Assembly: GCF_018350175.1 (NCBI RefSeq)
Contig: NC_058383.1
Coordinates: 12,340,001 to 12,404,000, forward strand
Length of the DNA: 64,000 nt
Source of the DNA: Felis catus
Lineage: Eukaryota
Direction: 5' to 3'
The translations under genes and the position numbers were made by a program. Shown here in pieces: positions 27,006 through 39,462 of this stretch (its first letter is position 1; every line of letters starts with the position of its first letter). The notes beneath the pieces were generated by a model, which worked only from the letters and a program-made list of their open reading frames with translations, did no database searches and was not told the origin of the DNA.

Positions 27006-27020
27006 AAGAGAAAGAAAGAA
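25391..27020. mobile_element. CAN-SINEs: 25391-25620 -, 25727-25924 + with a second SINE (25925-26135 +) in its tail, 26773-27020 + with (GAAA)n tail
   Basis: SINE consensus; nested copy flanked by aaaatacataaata. Confidence 0.88.
26360..26421 (-). pseudogene. Candidate pseudoexon (62 nt)
   Basis: Strong acceptor tttatttatttatttcctttccag|TCT; donor AGG|gtatta; STLAVVWLGRSFWKMELDFA or YLSCGLVRKKLLEDGA*. Confidence 0.45.
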
Positions 27021-27619
27021 AGCTGGTCAAAGGTCCTTAGAGTTCAGGGCTCTGGAGCAGAAGTCACCGTCTTCCTTCGGACTCTCTCCATGCACCTGTG
27101 ACAACTTCTCGGGGCTCTCGGGGGCTTGGCCTCCATAGCTGTGAAATGAGTAGGTTACACCAGGTAATAACAGTGTGTCAGGCTCTGTGCTCAGGCTTTG
27201 TATACGATAACTCAGCGCTCACCAACCCCCTCTCCCTACAAGACGTTCATTTTATGAAAAGTGTTGGCAATCGAGTTGCGTAACGCCCCACGTCACACAG
27301 CTGGCCAGTAGGACAGCAAGACTTTGGCTGTCCGAAGCAGTTTATCGAAATGGTGAAGGTGTGGCTCTGAAGTCAAATAAGCTTCCGTGTGGATCCCTGG
27401 TTTTGCCACCGATGGGGTGGGACGCTAGTTTGTTTAAATCCTTTGATTTCAAAGTCTTTACCTATAATACGAGTACGATGACCCTGCCGGCCTCGCAGAG
27501 TTGTTTAGATGATCGGATGAGACAATTTTTGGAAAGGTACTAATTAGTCACTAGCTAGTACTGTCATCCGGCTAATTCCCAAACTCCGTGCCATTAACCG
27601 CCGTATAAATCGAGCTTCC

Positions 27620-28370
27620 CTCCCCATCCCTTTGCTGATAGGATTCTCAGCAATGCCACTGATGACCTATGTCACGCCCACCCCAGCGAATGGTGAATTC
27701 CTTCTCCCTCATTCCATCTGACGTTGGCTGAACACCTCTCCTTGAAATATTTCCTTCTCTGGGCTCTGGGCTGCCACATTTTCCTGGGTTTCGTGCTACC
27801 ACAAAGGTCACTCCCCCTCACCTTCCTTTGCCAGGCCCCCCTCCCTTCTCAGACCCTCTAGAGCGAGGACATCCCTAAGGCCCTAGTCTCACACTCTTCT
27901 GTTCCCAACAGTACCCTTTCCTGAGGACAGAATGTTTCGCCCCACAACTCTGAACGGGCTGACGACTCTCAACTTCCCCTCGCCACTCGGACCTAAACTC
28001 TGAGCTCCAGCTGTCCTAACGTGTCCGTCAGGATGTCTCAAAGGCATCTCAAACATACAAGTCCTGAGCAGGTAGATGGTCCCTCTCTGCTCAAATTGCT
28101 GGGCTCCTGCCAACCCATGTTGATAAGGGGCACCGACCGCCATCTACCCAGCTGCCCGGGCCACCGATCTAGACCCCTTCTGGGTTCTTCTCCTCCTCTT
28201 ACATCCGTTACCAAGTTCATCCTTAAGTCCCTTCTGCTGCGCTTCCAAAACATACACGATTGACTCTGACAACTTTCACCACGCTCCGCTGCTATGAGCC
28301 CGGTCCAGGCCACTGCCACCTACTTCCTGGGTGCCTGTAACATCCCGTCCCAACCCTGCTATGCTTCCTT
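27620..28370. mobile_element. L2-like ancient LINE relic
   Basis: Pyrimidine-rich with ggatgtctcaaaggcatctcaaac...atctacccag..., typical of the L2 3' region. Confidence 0.6.
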
Positions 28371-28423
28371 TAGAGCAGCTGAACGCAATTTAATCTGTTT
28401 CCAAAAGGCGACTGGATGTTAAC

Positions 28424-28549
28424 CTGAAGTTTCTCTACGGACCATGTGCCCAAGAGCTCTCGACTCAAGAGTCAAGCTCTGTCACTTTCTTTTTCTGTAT
28501 TAAGAACGGAACAGGTACAGAATGAAATCGATTGGGTCATTTTTGCCAG
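28424..28549 (-). pseudogene. Candidate pseudoexon (126 nt)
   Basis: aattctcctccag|CTG ... CAG|gttaac; GKNDPIDFILYLFRS in phase 1, matching the previous donor. Confidence 0.45.
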
Positions 28550-28928
28550 CTGGAGGAGAATTTGAGCCAAGCTGCCATTCCGTCCACCCCCTCCTCTCTC
28601 TGCCCCCAGTACGTGGCCCTAATCAACCAAAGCACGTACTAAGCTTTCCTGGAATCGCCAGCATCTGTCTGCTAGAAAGGATGCGGTCGCAACGACGGGC
28701 CATGCCGGAAGCCCTGGCCTGGGCAAAACGAGCGAACTGGAATCAGTCAAAGGCTTCGCAAGCAGAGAAACGTGTGACGAGCCAAGCTAACAACCGAGCA
28801 TGTCCAGGAAGGTCTGGCAAACCCAATTCTAGAACAGGTGAATACAAAACCCAGGGGTCCAATTGTAAAGGCTGGGAGAAGTGGCCCTCAGCGTCTAAAG
28901 GTCCCTGAGTCTCTGTGTTGACACTTAC

Positions 28929-30430
28929 TCAACGGATATTTTCAGGGTCCACGACGGACCCTTTCAAACCTCCGTGTCAAAACCCAGTTTGGATGTCACG
29001 TCTGGCCACAAGCAGCCTAAGCTTCAGACCTCATCGACGATGAGAGGTGTCTCATTTTGACTTCTCTAGTTGGTTCGTGGAGGTAGTCTACAAACGATTT
29101 TTTTGTTTTTTTAATTCAAGTTGGTTAGCCCATCCCCCACCCACCTCCCCTCCAGCGACCCTGTCTGTTCTCTGTATTTAAGAGTCTCTTATGGGGAGCC
29201 TGGGTGGCTCGGTCGGTTAAGCGTCCGACTTCGGCTCAGGTCATGATCTCACAGTCCGTGAGTTCAAGCCCCACGTCGGGCTCTGTGCCGACAGCTCAGA
29301 CCCTGGAGCCTGTTTCCGATTCTGTGTCTCCCTCTCTCTCTGCCCTTCCCCCGTTCATGCTCTGTCTCTCTCTGTCTCAAAAATAAATAAACGTTAAAAA
29401 AAAATTTTTTTTAAGAGTCTCTTATGGTTTGCCTCCCTGTCTGTTTTTATCTTGCTGTTCCTTCCCTTCCCCTCTGTTCATCCGTTGTGTTTCTCAAAGT
29501 CCACGCGTGACTGAAGCCAGAGGATGCTTGGCTTTCTCTGCCTGACTGATTTCTCTGAGCACAATCCCCTCCGGCCCCATCCACGCTGTCGCAAATGGCA
29601 AGATCTCATTCTTTGTTGATCACCGAAATAATAGCCCATGGTATAGACAAACCACATCCTCTTGATGCAGCCGTCAGTCCATGGCCATTTGGGCTCTTTT
29701 CCAAAATTTGGCTACTGTTGCTAGCCCCGCTGTAAACACTGGGGAGCTTGTTTTTTTTTTTTATATCGGCGTTTTTATATCCTTCGGGTAAATAGTAGTG
29801 CAATTGCTATCGGAGGGCAGTTCTGGTTTTAACTTCTTGAGGAGCCTCCTCCCTGTGTTCCAGAGCGGCCGCACCAGTTTGCATTCCCACCCACAGGGCA
29901 AGAGGGTTCCGGTTTTCCCCGCCTCCTCGCCAGCATCTGTTGTTTCCTGACTTGTTCACTTTAGCTCCTCGTCTCATCAGGGAAACACAAATGAAAACCA
30001 CAACGAGATACCACCTGGCACCAGGCAGAATGGCTATGGTTAACAACTTAGGAGTGATTTTTTAATACACGTTTCCAAAAAGCTTAGCCAAACCCATACT
30101 TGCAGAATTTCGAAATCATAACTCATGCAAATACAAAGCGAACCCGTGTCAAAGATTTCATTCTACTCATCAATTACTGAGGGAACAAGTGAGATGTTGA
30201 GACTGGTGCAAATAGCATTTAAGGAACCAAGGCTTTGCGGGCAATTAATTAAACGGCTATTAGGATAACATTTCTGGACTAGCCACAAACCCTTTAATGT
30301 CCACCAGGGCAATCAGCTATAAACTTTGGAGTTAACTGTTCCACAGGACAGAAATCATTTGTAGCTCCAACTGGACAAAAATCTATAAAAGTTGACACGT
30401 AACTTCACTAAATCTAAACTTTCATCAGTA
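28929..30430 (-). pseudogene. Large pseudoexon split by an L1 insertion
   Basis: gattgtttag|TAC; TDESLDLVKLRVNFYRFL...NEIFDTGSLCICMSYDFEILQ (110 codons, 3 stops); frame continues after L1 removal to donor TGA|gtaagt. Confidence 0.6.
29104..30054 (-). mobile_element. Carnivore L1 3' end with short 5' inversion and nested SINE (29192-29411 +)
   Basis: L1 3'UTR and ORF2 end on minus, about 29970-30054 inverted; TSD (c/t)gatttttt next to a TTTT/AA site. Confidence 0.85.
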
Positions 30431-30479
30431 CTAAACAATCAATCGAACAAGATAAACCCCTCTAAATTTGTGTGGGGCG

Positions 30480-30690
30480 GGGGCGCCTGGGTGGCTCAGT
30501 CGGTAAGCGTCCGACTTCGGCTCAGGTCGTGATCTCGCGGTCCGTGAGCTCGAGCCCCGCGTCGGGCTCTGGGCTGAGCGCTCGGAGCCTGGAGCCCGCT
30601 TCGGATTCTGTGTCTCCCTCTCTCTCTGCCCCTGCCCCGCTCACGCTCCGTCTCTCACAAATAGATAAACACTGAAAAAAAATTGAAATT
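30480..30690 (+). mobile_element. CAN-SINE
   Basis: Head, CT tract and tail. Confidence 0.9.
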
Positions 30691-30900
30691 TGTGTGGGGC
30701 CGAGCTCCTGGCTGACACGGAAAGGATATGGTCACCCTCTTTTTTTCCAAGCCTTGGAGAGCTCAGCAATATCTTCACCATCCTCCCAATATCAAAAATA
30801 ACCGCTCCCCCCCCCCCCAAAGGCTGGTGTCCGTATGTTTGGCACGATTACTCGCATACGTGCAGAAAAGGTGTCTGTTAATGACGCATGATCGCCTTAC

Positions 30901-33239
30901 ATTTGCCCTGCAAACCCGGAGCCCTTCAGTATGGAGCAAAATCTGTGCGGAGAGCTTCAGTAAAAAAAAAAAAAAAAAGTCTTGGATTGAGCTTTTGAAA
31001 ACCTCTGTGAATTTGCCCTTGTATCCCGGGGGCGCCCCGTGAATTCCTCTCTTCCTGGGGACTCCCACCTCTCTACAGATCCCCGGCCACCAGGAGGTTG
31101 ACTTCCTTCCCAACTGTGACAGTAAGACTCGGTAAGCCAAGTATCAACTGATGTCCGTGGGAGTGATTCACAGGCCTTGGTTCCGCTTAGCAGTTCAATA
31201 ATTGTATCAGTCAGCGTTCTCCAGAGAAACAGAACCAATAGGATATACATATATATATATATATATTTTTTTAACACAAATTCTTTTTTTTTTTCAACGT
31301 TTATTTATTTTTGGGACAGAGAGAGACAGAGCATGAACGGGGGAGGAGCAGAGAGAGAGGGAGACACAGAATCGGAAACAGGCTCCAGGCTCTGAGCCGT
31401 CAGCCCAGAGCCCGACGCGGGGCTCGAACTCGCGGACAGCGAGATCGTGACCTGGCCGAAGTCGGATGCTTAACCGACTGCGCCACCCAGGCGCCCCAGG
31501 ATATACATACATATATTTTTAATGTTTGTTTATTTTTGAGAGACAGAGACAGAGCGGGTGCAGGGGAGGGGCAGAGAGAGGGACAGACAGAATCCCAAAC
31601 AAGGTCGGCACTGTCAGCCAGAGACGGACTTGGGGCTCAATCCCACAAACCATAAGATCACGACCTGAGCCGAAATCAAGAGTCGGACGCTTAACTGACG
31701 GAACCACCCAGGCGCCCCAGATATACATATATTTTAAAAAAATCATTTATGGGGCGCCTGGGTGGTGCAGTCGGTTAAGCGTCCGACTTCAGCCAGGTCA
31801 CGATCTCACGGTCCGTGGGTTCGAGCCCCGCGTCGGGCTCTGGGCTGATGGCTCAGAGCCTGGAGCCTGTTTCTGATTCTGTGTCTCCCTCTCTCTCTGC
31901 CCCTCCCCCGTTCATGCTCTGTCTCGCTCTGTCCCAAAAATAAATAAAAAACGTTGAAAAAAAATTTAAAAAAAATCATTTATGATAGGAATTGGTTCAT
32001 GCAATTACGGAGACAGGGAAATTCTGTGGTCCGCGGGCTGCTACCCAGAGGTTCAAAAAAGCTGGTGGTGTAATTCTAGTCTGAGGCTGAGGGGAGTCTA
32101 TGGTATAAAGCCCCATTCCAGGGGCGCCTGGGTGGCTCAGTAGGTTAAACGGCTTGATTTCAGCTCAGGTCATGATCTCGCAGTTCGTGGGTTCGAGCCC
32201 CACGTCGGGCTCTGTGCTGACAGCTCAGAGCCTCCTTGGGATTCTCTCGCCCTCTGTCTCTCTCTGCTTGCTCTCTCTGTCTCTCTCTCAAAGTACAGAA
32301 ACTTTAAACAATAATAGTTTAAAGCCCGGTTCTAGGGCGAAAGCTGATGTCCAAGCTCCAGCAAAAGGCGGATGAATTCTTCCTTCCTCTGCCTTTTTGT
32401 TCCATTTGGGCCCTCAACGGAATGGATGTCGCCCACTCACATCGGGGAAGGAAGTCTGGTTTACTGAGTTTGCTGATTCAAGTGCTAATCTCATCCCTCA
32501 CAGACACACCCAGAAACGATGTTTAATCTAAGTGCCCCACGAGGCAGCATAAAATGAGCACTACAGTAATATTCCTCAATGGAGGGTTTGCCATACGAAG
32601 GTAAACGAGAATCCCTCTCAGATATGACATCCAGTTATGGCCTTGGTTGCCCAATGGATCTGTCCAATTACAATCTGGTGAAAAAAAAAAAAGAAGATGG
32701 ATTCTTACAGACTCATACAAAAACTCTGCTGGCATAAAAAAATAAGGAGGCTCATTAAAAGTATTTCTTTCTGAACTCAGAGGGATCAAGTAAGAATCAG
32801 ACCATTAAAAGTTTCCCTTTGGTTGAAACACAACCAACCCCACTGAGGGTTAAGGCAGGAAAAAGGAGAAAAGGCTTTCTTGTACTTTCCTACACGTCCG
32901 TAAAACGTAGACCATTAAAACCACGTCAACGGTATTGCAAATAAACAACCCAAATTAAATTTCCCCTATCAGTCCACTCGGGCCTGTATAATTAATTCTC
33001 ATTCTGCTGGGGCTGAGTAAGCAATCTGTTTTCACGCAGCAGGCCAAAGAGAGTCCTTGAAACTCTGACTCGTCTACTGATGCACTCTGAGAGCTGTTTC
33101 GGCTACGTCCACTCAGAGGCCTGGACCCAAGATCTATTCTCAGACCCATCGGTAGTTTGGAGTATTGGGTACAATCCATTTCCCGGAGGCTCTGGGACTG
33201 ACCCTTCTTGTTGAAGACGCAGTTGCTGGGCTGTACAAC
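30901..33239 (-). pseudogene. Large pseudoexon split by an MLT2 LTR (alternative internal donor at 32709)
   Basis: tgtttgcccgaag|GTT. One frame over 33239-32709 has 177 codons and 3 stops and contains track ORF 32955..33179 and the start of 32523..32789 (...EPPYFFMPAEFLYES). It continues across the LTR to donor AAT|gtaagg. Confidence 0.6.
31203..32565 (-). mobile_element. MLT2 (ERV-L) solo LTR carrying four SINEs (31283-31498 -, 31516-31718 -, 31751-31975 +, 32120-32315 +)
   Basis: TG...CA termini; ttctccagagaaacagaaccaatagga(TA)n and cacagacacacccagaaa hallmarks; 5-bp TSD ataat/gtaat. Confidence 0.85.
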
Positions 33240-33499
33240 CTTCGGGCAAACATCAGAAAACAGCAGTAGCCTCTTTGATTACGAGACTGAATGACTATGG
33301 TTAATTCATTACAGTAATCAATAATATCAGAATGGAGAAGAAAATTCTATAGCCGGGGAGAGGGCATAACTATTTCATCAGACTTTGATTGCTGTTTCCC
33401 CTGAGGCTCCAAACACATTATGGATAGCAAGAGTATTGATCAATCTCCAGGGCGTTCCCGTAAAATGTACAACTTCTGAGGTATTTGAATTAATAACAC

Positions 33500-34716
33500 T
33501 TTATTTTTTTATTGTAATTTTTTAAAAATGTTTTAATGCTTTTCTTTTCTTTTTGAGGGAGAGAGAGACAGAATGCCAGCAGGGGAGGGGCAGAGGGAGA
33601 GGGAGACACAGAATCTGAAGCAGGCTCCATCCAGGTTCTGAGCTGTCAGCACTGAGCCTGACGCGGGCCTCGAACCCACGAACTGCGAGATCATGACCTG
33701 GGTTGAAGTCAGATGCTTACCCGACTGAGTCCCCCAGGTGCCCTGAATTCATAACACTTTATGGAAACTTAACCTAGGGAAAGTTGAATATCCTTTGATT
33801 TGACAGGTTTTGCCACACAGCTCTTACGATATGTTGGATTTTGAATTGACTGAAAGGGATGAGGTAAAGCAAAACAAAACCACCCAAATTGTTTCCAGCA
33901 TCTGTTTTCATACGGTGAAATAACAGACATTTATGATTTCCAGGAGATCGCTTGAAAACCTGGAATAGTGTTTCTGATGTAAAAAAAAAAAAAAAAAAAA
34001 AGTCATTTTATTTTTCTCAACTTAGGATTCCAATTTGGGCGACATCAAGAATTACCAAAGAAGATGCAGAAACTTGATTAAGGTAGGATCATGGGGGCCA
34101 AGGGAAACTATACGGCTACCTATTTAACCAAGGTGACAATATAATATTTGCAAATATTTTATTTTTTACTATTTATTTATTGAGAGAGGGAGAGAGAGAC
34201 AGAGTGTGAGCGGGGGACGGGCAGAGAAAGAGGGAGACACAGAATCCGAAACAGGCTCCAGGCTCCGAGCTGTCAGCACGGAGCCCGACGCGGGGCTCGA
34301 ATTCACGGACCGCGAGATCATGACCTGAGCCGAAGTCGGACGCTTAACCGACTGAGCCTCCCAGGCGCCCCAATTTTTGCAAATATTTTAAAGGCAGCAT
34401 GTTTGTAAGAAACCTCAACTTGTTTACAGTGAAGATGTTTTGCTCTTTGTTGTTGTTATTAGTTTTTTTATTTTATTTTATTTTATTTTTTTAATTTTTT
34501 TTAAATTTTTTTTTAATGTTTATTTATTTTTGAGACAGGGAGAGACAGCATGAATGGGGGAGGGTCAGAGAGAGAGGGAGACACAGAATCCGAAACAGGC
34601 TCCAGGCTCTGAGCTGTCAGCACAGAGCCCGACGCGGGACTCGAACTCACGGACCGCGAGATCGTGACCTGAGCCGAAGTCGGACGCTTAACCGACTGAG
34701 CCACCCAGGCGCCCCT
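33500..34716 (-). mobile_element. Three CAN-SINEs: 33500-33744, 34160-34371, 34463-34716
   Basis: SINE consensus on the minus strand. Confidence 0.9.
33914..33959 (-). pseudogene. Pseudoexon (46 nt)
   Basis: ctattccag|GTT ... ACC|gtatga; FSSDLLEIINVCYFT, phase 2 to 0, bridges both neighbours in frame. Confidence 0.55.
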
Positions 34717-34925
34717 ATTGTTATTAGTTTTTAAACAATCAACATGAGATACAGTCAACAGAGAAGCCAGCCAATTACTCTAGTGAGGCCCCGCATCTTT
34801 ACTATCAAGCTGTATAAGGGCTGTAAAACCAATTTATCATTTAACAGAGAGAATGCCAAAATTGTGAGTTAATATAGCGGTAGCAGAAAAGCTTTCACGA
34901 GTTTCCTTTTTCTTTTTTCCTTTAC

Positions 34926-35086
34926 ACAATCTTGTGGATAAGCCCATCAAAACTGAGCAAACTTTGCCAAAATTTGAACGCATTTCGCATCCTCTTTTCA
35001 GACTCTGGTATTATAAGCCCAGACAAATAAAATCCATTTTTATACCCTCTACATCTTGCGATACATATTCGCTAAGCTCTCGTATT
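34926..35086 (-). pseudogene. Pseudoexon (161 nt)
   Basis: tttgttccag|AAT ... TGT|gtaaag; ...GYKNGFYLSGLIIPESEKRMRNAFKFWQSLLSFDGLIHKI, ends in phase 2. Confidence 0.6.
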
Positions 35087-35229
35087 CTGGAACAAACTGA
35101 CATTTTAGGACAAATCAACAACCGTCTATTTTTTTTTTTTTTTTGAGAAAACAAAACCTAATCCCATCCCTTTGCATACATAGTTCTATTTCTCTATCTG
35201 TTTTGCTGCTTCTAGGGCTTAAACACCAC

Positions 35230-37725
35230 TATAATTTTTTGCAGTATAATTTACATAGTCAAATTCACCCTTTCCTAGCATATGGTCCTGGCGTTCCAAT
35301 ACATGACATGCGTTGAGTCGGGTAACCAGCATAAAACAGTTCGTTACACAGATCCCCAAGTCCCTTTTACACAAGTCCCCTTGTGTCCCTTTTCAGTCAA
35401 CCCTTCACCACACTTCCATCCCCTGGCAACCACTGATTCGCTTTCTGTCCCTATAGTTCTGCTTATTCCAGATGTTCTATAAACGGAGTCCTACCGTATG
35501 GGTGTAGCCTTTAGAGTCTGGCTTCCCTCCTTTAGCAGAATGCACTCACGCTTCATCCCCACAGTTGTGTGTCTCAGTAGATTGTTTCTGTCCACTGCTA
35601 AGTAGTATTCCGTTGTGTAGATGCACAACGGTTTCTTTATCCATTTGCAAGTTGAAGGACTCTTGGATTGTTCCCGTGTTTGAGCAATGATGAATAAAGA
35701 CTCTATAAACATCCGCGTGCAGATTGTTGTGCAAACGTGAGTTTTTATTTTACACAGGTGTATCTAGGGGCGAGGTGCTGGGTCTTACGGTAAGTAAATG
35801 TTTAAATGCCTAACTATTTCCAATGTGACTGTAGTATTTCGCATTCTCGTAACACCATATGAAGGGTCCAGGGGCCTTATGTCTGCACAAGTGCTTAGTA
35901 TTGTCAGGTTTTAAGTGTTGTTACTTGGTTGGTTTCCATCGTTATTGGTGGTTCTAATAATGACACAGTGGTATCTTTGATGATTTTAATTTGCATATCC
36001 CTAGGGGGAGCCTAGGTGGCTCAGTTGGTTAAGTGTACAACTCTTGGTTTTGGCTCAAGTCACGATCCCACAGTTCGTGAGTTTGAGCCCTGTGTCGGGC
36101 TCTGCACTAATGGCACAGAGCCTGGTTGGGATTCTCTCTGTCCCTCTTTCTTTGCCCCACCCCTGCTCATGTTCCCTCTCTCTCTCTCTCTCTCTCAGAA
36201 TAAATAAACATTAGAAAAATAATAATTTGCATATCCCTAGAGACGAATGACGATGAGCATCTTTTCATATGCATCTTTCCATTTCCTGTATTTTCATTAG
36301 TAAAATGTCTGTTAAATCCTTCGACCATTTTCTATTTGGGCTTCCCCCACCCCCCATTTTGTTGAATTTAGAGCGTTCTTTGTATATGCTAGATGCAAGT
36401 CTTTTATCAGGTACGTGTTTGGCAAACATTTTCTGCTAACGTGTGGTTTTTATAGTGCCTTCTGAAAGCAAACGTGTTTAATCCCAATTAAGTATGACTC
36501 ATCATTTTTCTTCTCGTAGGAATCATAGTTTAGAAGCATTATAGCTGAGGAATTATTGTCTCACCCAAGATCACAAAGATTTTCTTCCAGAAGTTTTATA
36601 GTTTGTGCTTGATACAAAGTATGGATTGGGAGTTGTTATGTTGCATGTGGATGTCCAGTTACAAGAGCATTTGTTGGAAAGACCATAATTTCTCTACTGT
36701 TGCCTTTGAAGCTTTGCCAACATCAAGTAACCATAGAAGTGAGGATCTCCATCTGGAGTCTCTATTCTCTTCCATTGATCTACGTGTCTAAACTGTTGCC
36801 AACACCACACTGTTTTGATTAGTGTAGCTTTGTAATAAATATGGAAATCAGGTCGTATGAGTCCTCCAACTTTGTTATTTAAAAAAAAATACTTTGGATC
36901 TTCTTTTTTTTCTTATTATTTTTTTAATATGAAATTTATTGTCAAATTGGTTTCCATACAACACCCAGCGCTCAAACTTTGGATCTTCCATATTCTTTGC
37001 CTTTCTATAGTAATTTTAGAATCAGCTTGACCACTTCTACAATAATTCTTCTGGGTTTGATCAGAGTTGCATTGAATTTATAGATCAATTCGGGAAGAAT
37101 TGACATCTTGACAACATTGAGTCTTCTCATCCATTAGCGTTTATTTATTTGTTTGCTTGCTTGTTTAGAGAAAGAGTGTGCATGCTAGTGGGGGAGGGAC
37201 AGAGGAGGGACAACTGTGAGATCATTGCCTGTCCTGAAATCAAGAGTCAGACACTTAACCTACTGAGCCATCCAGGCACCCTCTGTTAACATTTATTTAT
37301 TTTATTTTATTGATCACCGTACCATGATTATCAGCATTTCGTGTCTTAAATAATTTGTTAGAGTCATACCTACGTACTTCACAATTTTCGGTGCCAGCAT
37401 AAATGGTAGGGTTCTTGAAATTTCAATTTCAAATGTTCGCTGCTAATACATATAAAAATACAGCTGTTGCTTATATAATGACTTTGTATCCTATATCTTT
37501 GATGAACTCACGTCTTAGTTTTCGGGGCCTCTTTGGGTTTTCTGTCTAGGCAACCACGCCATTTGAGAATGGAGACACTTATTTTTTCTTGCTAATCTGT
37601 ATAGCTTTATTTTTATATAAATATAAATACATATAATCTGTCTAGCTGTATTTTTATTTCTTCTTTTTGCTTTTTCTTCCCTTGCACTGACTGGCATGTC
37701 CTGGTGATGTTGAATTAGAATGGTT
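35230..37725 (-). mobile_element. Old L1M fragment with nested SINE pieces
   Basis: Degenerate ORF2 C-terminus and 3'UTR (MFIESLFIIAQT...); SINE at about 36005-36225. Confidence 0.8.
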
Positions 37726-37775
37726 ACAGCAGCTACCACCAACACTAATCACAACTCTCCATCAAAAGAACTCAC

Positions 37776-37970
37776 TTTAACCCAAATAATTTCACAGAGA
37801 AACCCGGGAGGAAGACAACTGAAAAGTCGCTGTGTACATAAGCATTTTAGCAAACTCTCGAAGTTCAGGTATAGATAGAACAGCACAATCTATAGCCGCA
37901 TGACTCTGCTCCTTCCTAATGTGATAAAAATGAGCAAGGTTCCTTAAAATGACCCCAAAATATAGCCACT
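37776..37970 (-). pseudogene. Pseudoexon (195 nt)
   Basis: tttttgtatgccaaag|AGT ... AAA|gtgagt; 65 codons; WLYFGVILRNLAHFYHIRKEQSHAAIDCAVLSIPELREFAKMLMY (ORF 37792..37983). Confidence 0.6.
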
Positions 37971-38062
37971 CTTTGGCATACAAAAATAGTAAGTCAAGTA
38001 TATAAGTTTAAAATTATGCTCAGCAATGAATGCTTCATTATTCATTCTTACTCACAAATTAC

Positions 38063-38151
38063 CTTGGTAAACAATGATCAATTAACTCAATGTAATATGA
38101 ATTCAGGGCTTCAAGTTACCTGAGGATGTTGGAAAATATGTCCAAGATGAC
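38063..38151 (-). pseudogene. Pseudoexon (89 nt; alternative donor gives a 32-nt exon ending at 38120)
   Basis: ctctgtagtag|GTC; donors CAG|gtaact and AAG|gtaatt; VILDIFSNILR*LEALNSYYIELIDHCLP. Confidence 0.55.
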
Positions 38152-39333
38152 CTACTACAGAGCATAAATACAGTGATAAGAATATTCTTCAGGATTATCA
38201 TTGAGAGGCGCCTGGGTGGCTCCGTCGGTTAAGCATCCGACATAGGCTCAGGTCACGATCTCACAGTTCATGGGTTCGAGCCCCATGTCGGGCTCTGTGC
38301 TGAGAGCTCGGAGCCTGGAACCTGCTTCGGATTCTGTGTCTCCCTCTCTCTCTGCCCCTTTCCCACTTGCTGTCTCTCTGTCTCTCTCTCTCAAAAGTAA
38401 ATAAAATTAGAAAAAGAATTATCATTTGAGTTAGTAAAACAAAATCTACCTTTTTCGTGATCTTAAATGCTGTGTAGGAGTAATGCTAGATTATTTGATC
38501 AGTAAACCAACATTAAAAGGTTAAGAAGTTCATGAGAAAGAATAGCACAATCCCCAGACTAATAAAAGCAAGGGAAAGACAGCTAGTTATTACTTATTGT
38601 TTAAACCAAAATTATTAAGCCAGTCTCCTTTTTCCAAAGATTTATCTTAACTATGTGAACTTGGATTCTTATATTAAAGTGTTTATGAGCTGACATTTTC
38701 ATTAAGAAGCATTTTTTAAAAATCTAGTGCTTGAAAGTGAGGTTTCTTTATTTTCTGTAAATTTGGAAAATATGAGATTTATATAAGATTTCTCCATTTC
38801 CGAAAGGCCAATCAGAGCTCCTTTAAGATGTAACAATCTAGGGGCGCCTGGGTGGCTCAGTCGATTAGGCGATCAGGCGTCCAACTTCGGCCCAGGTCAT
38901 GGTCTCATGGTTTATGAGGTCGAGCCCCACGTCCGGCTCTGTGCTGACACCTGGGAGCCTGCAGCCTGCTTCGGATTCTGTGTCTCCTTCTCTCTCTGCC
39001 CCTCCCCTGCTTGTGCTCTGTCTCTCTCTCTCTCTCAAAAATAAACTAAAAAAAAAAAAAAAAAAAAAGTAACAATCTAACCTGGAGGTGAGAGTACATT
39101 TCATGCTTGTACAATGAGATATCCAGGACTTTTCTGAACCACAGACACAGGGACCTCCCGTCCTTCATTCAGCCTCCAGTGAAAAATAATCCCAGAAACA
39201 CAAAACTTCAGTCGTTCAGACCTCAATTCTTCTTTCTAATGAGCATGAAATTCTTAATCGATTTGTACCCACAAATAAGCATGCAGTTTTTTTTTTTAAA
39301 AAAAGAACTATCAAATGAGCAAATCCGCCTTAC

Positions 39334-39462
39334 CTACAGAGAATGGACGTCCATATTCTATTTGCAAGAGATCGCCAAGCGTTTAGACCATAAAACCAAA
39401 TTCCCAGTTACGGCACGCACCGGTGGGAATAAGAAACAAGAACCCAAACAAAAGTATGGTAT
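39334..39462 (-). pseudogene. Pseudoexon (129 nt)
   Basis: tttctttctttcttttttccgaatctacag|ATA ... TAG|gtaagg; length is a multiple of 3; 1-2 stops in every frame. Confidence 0.65.
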
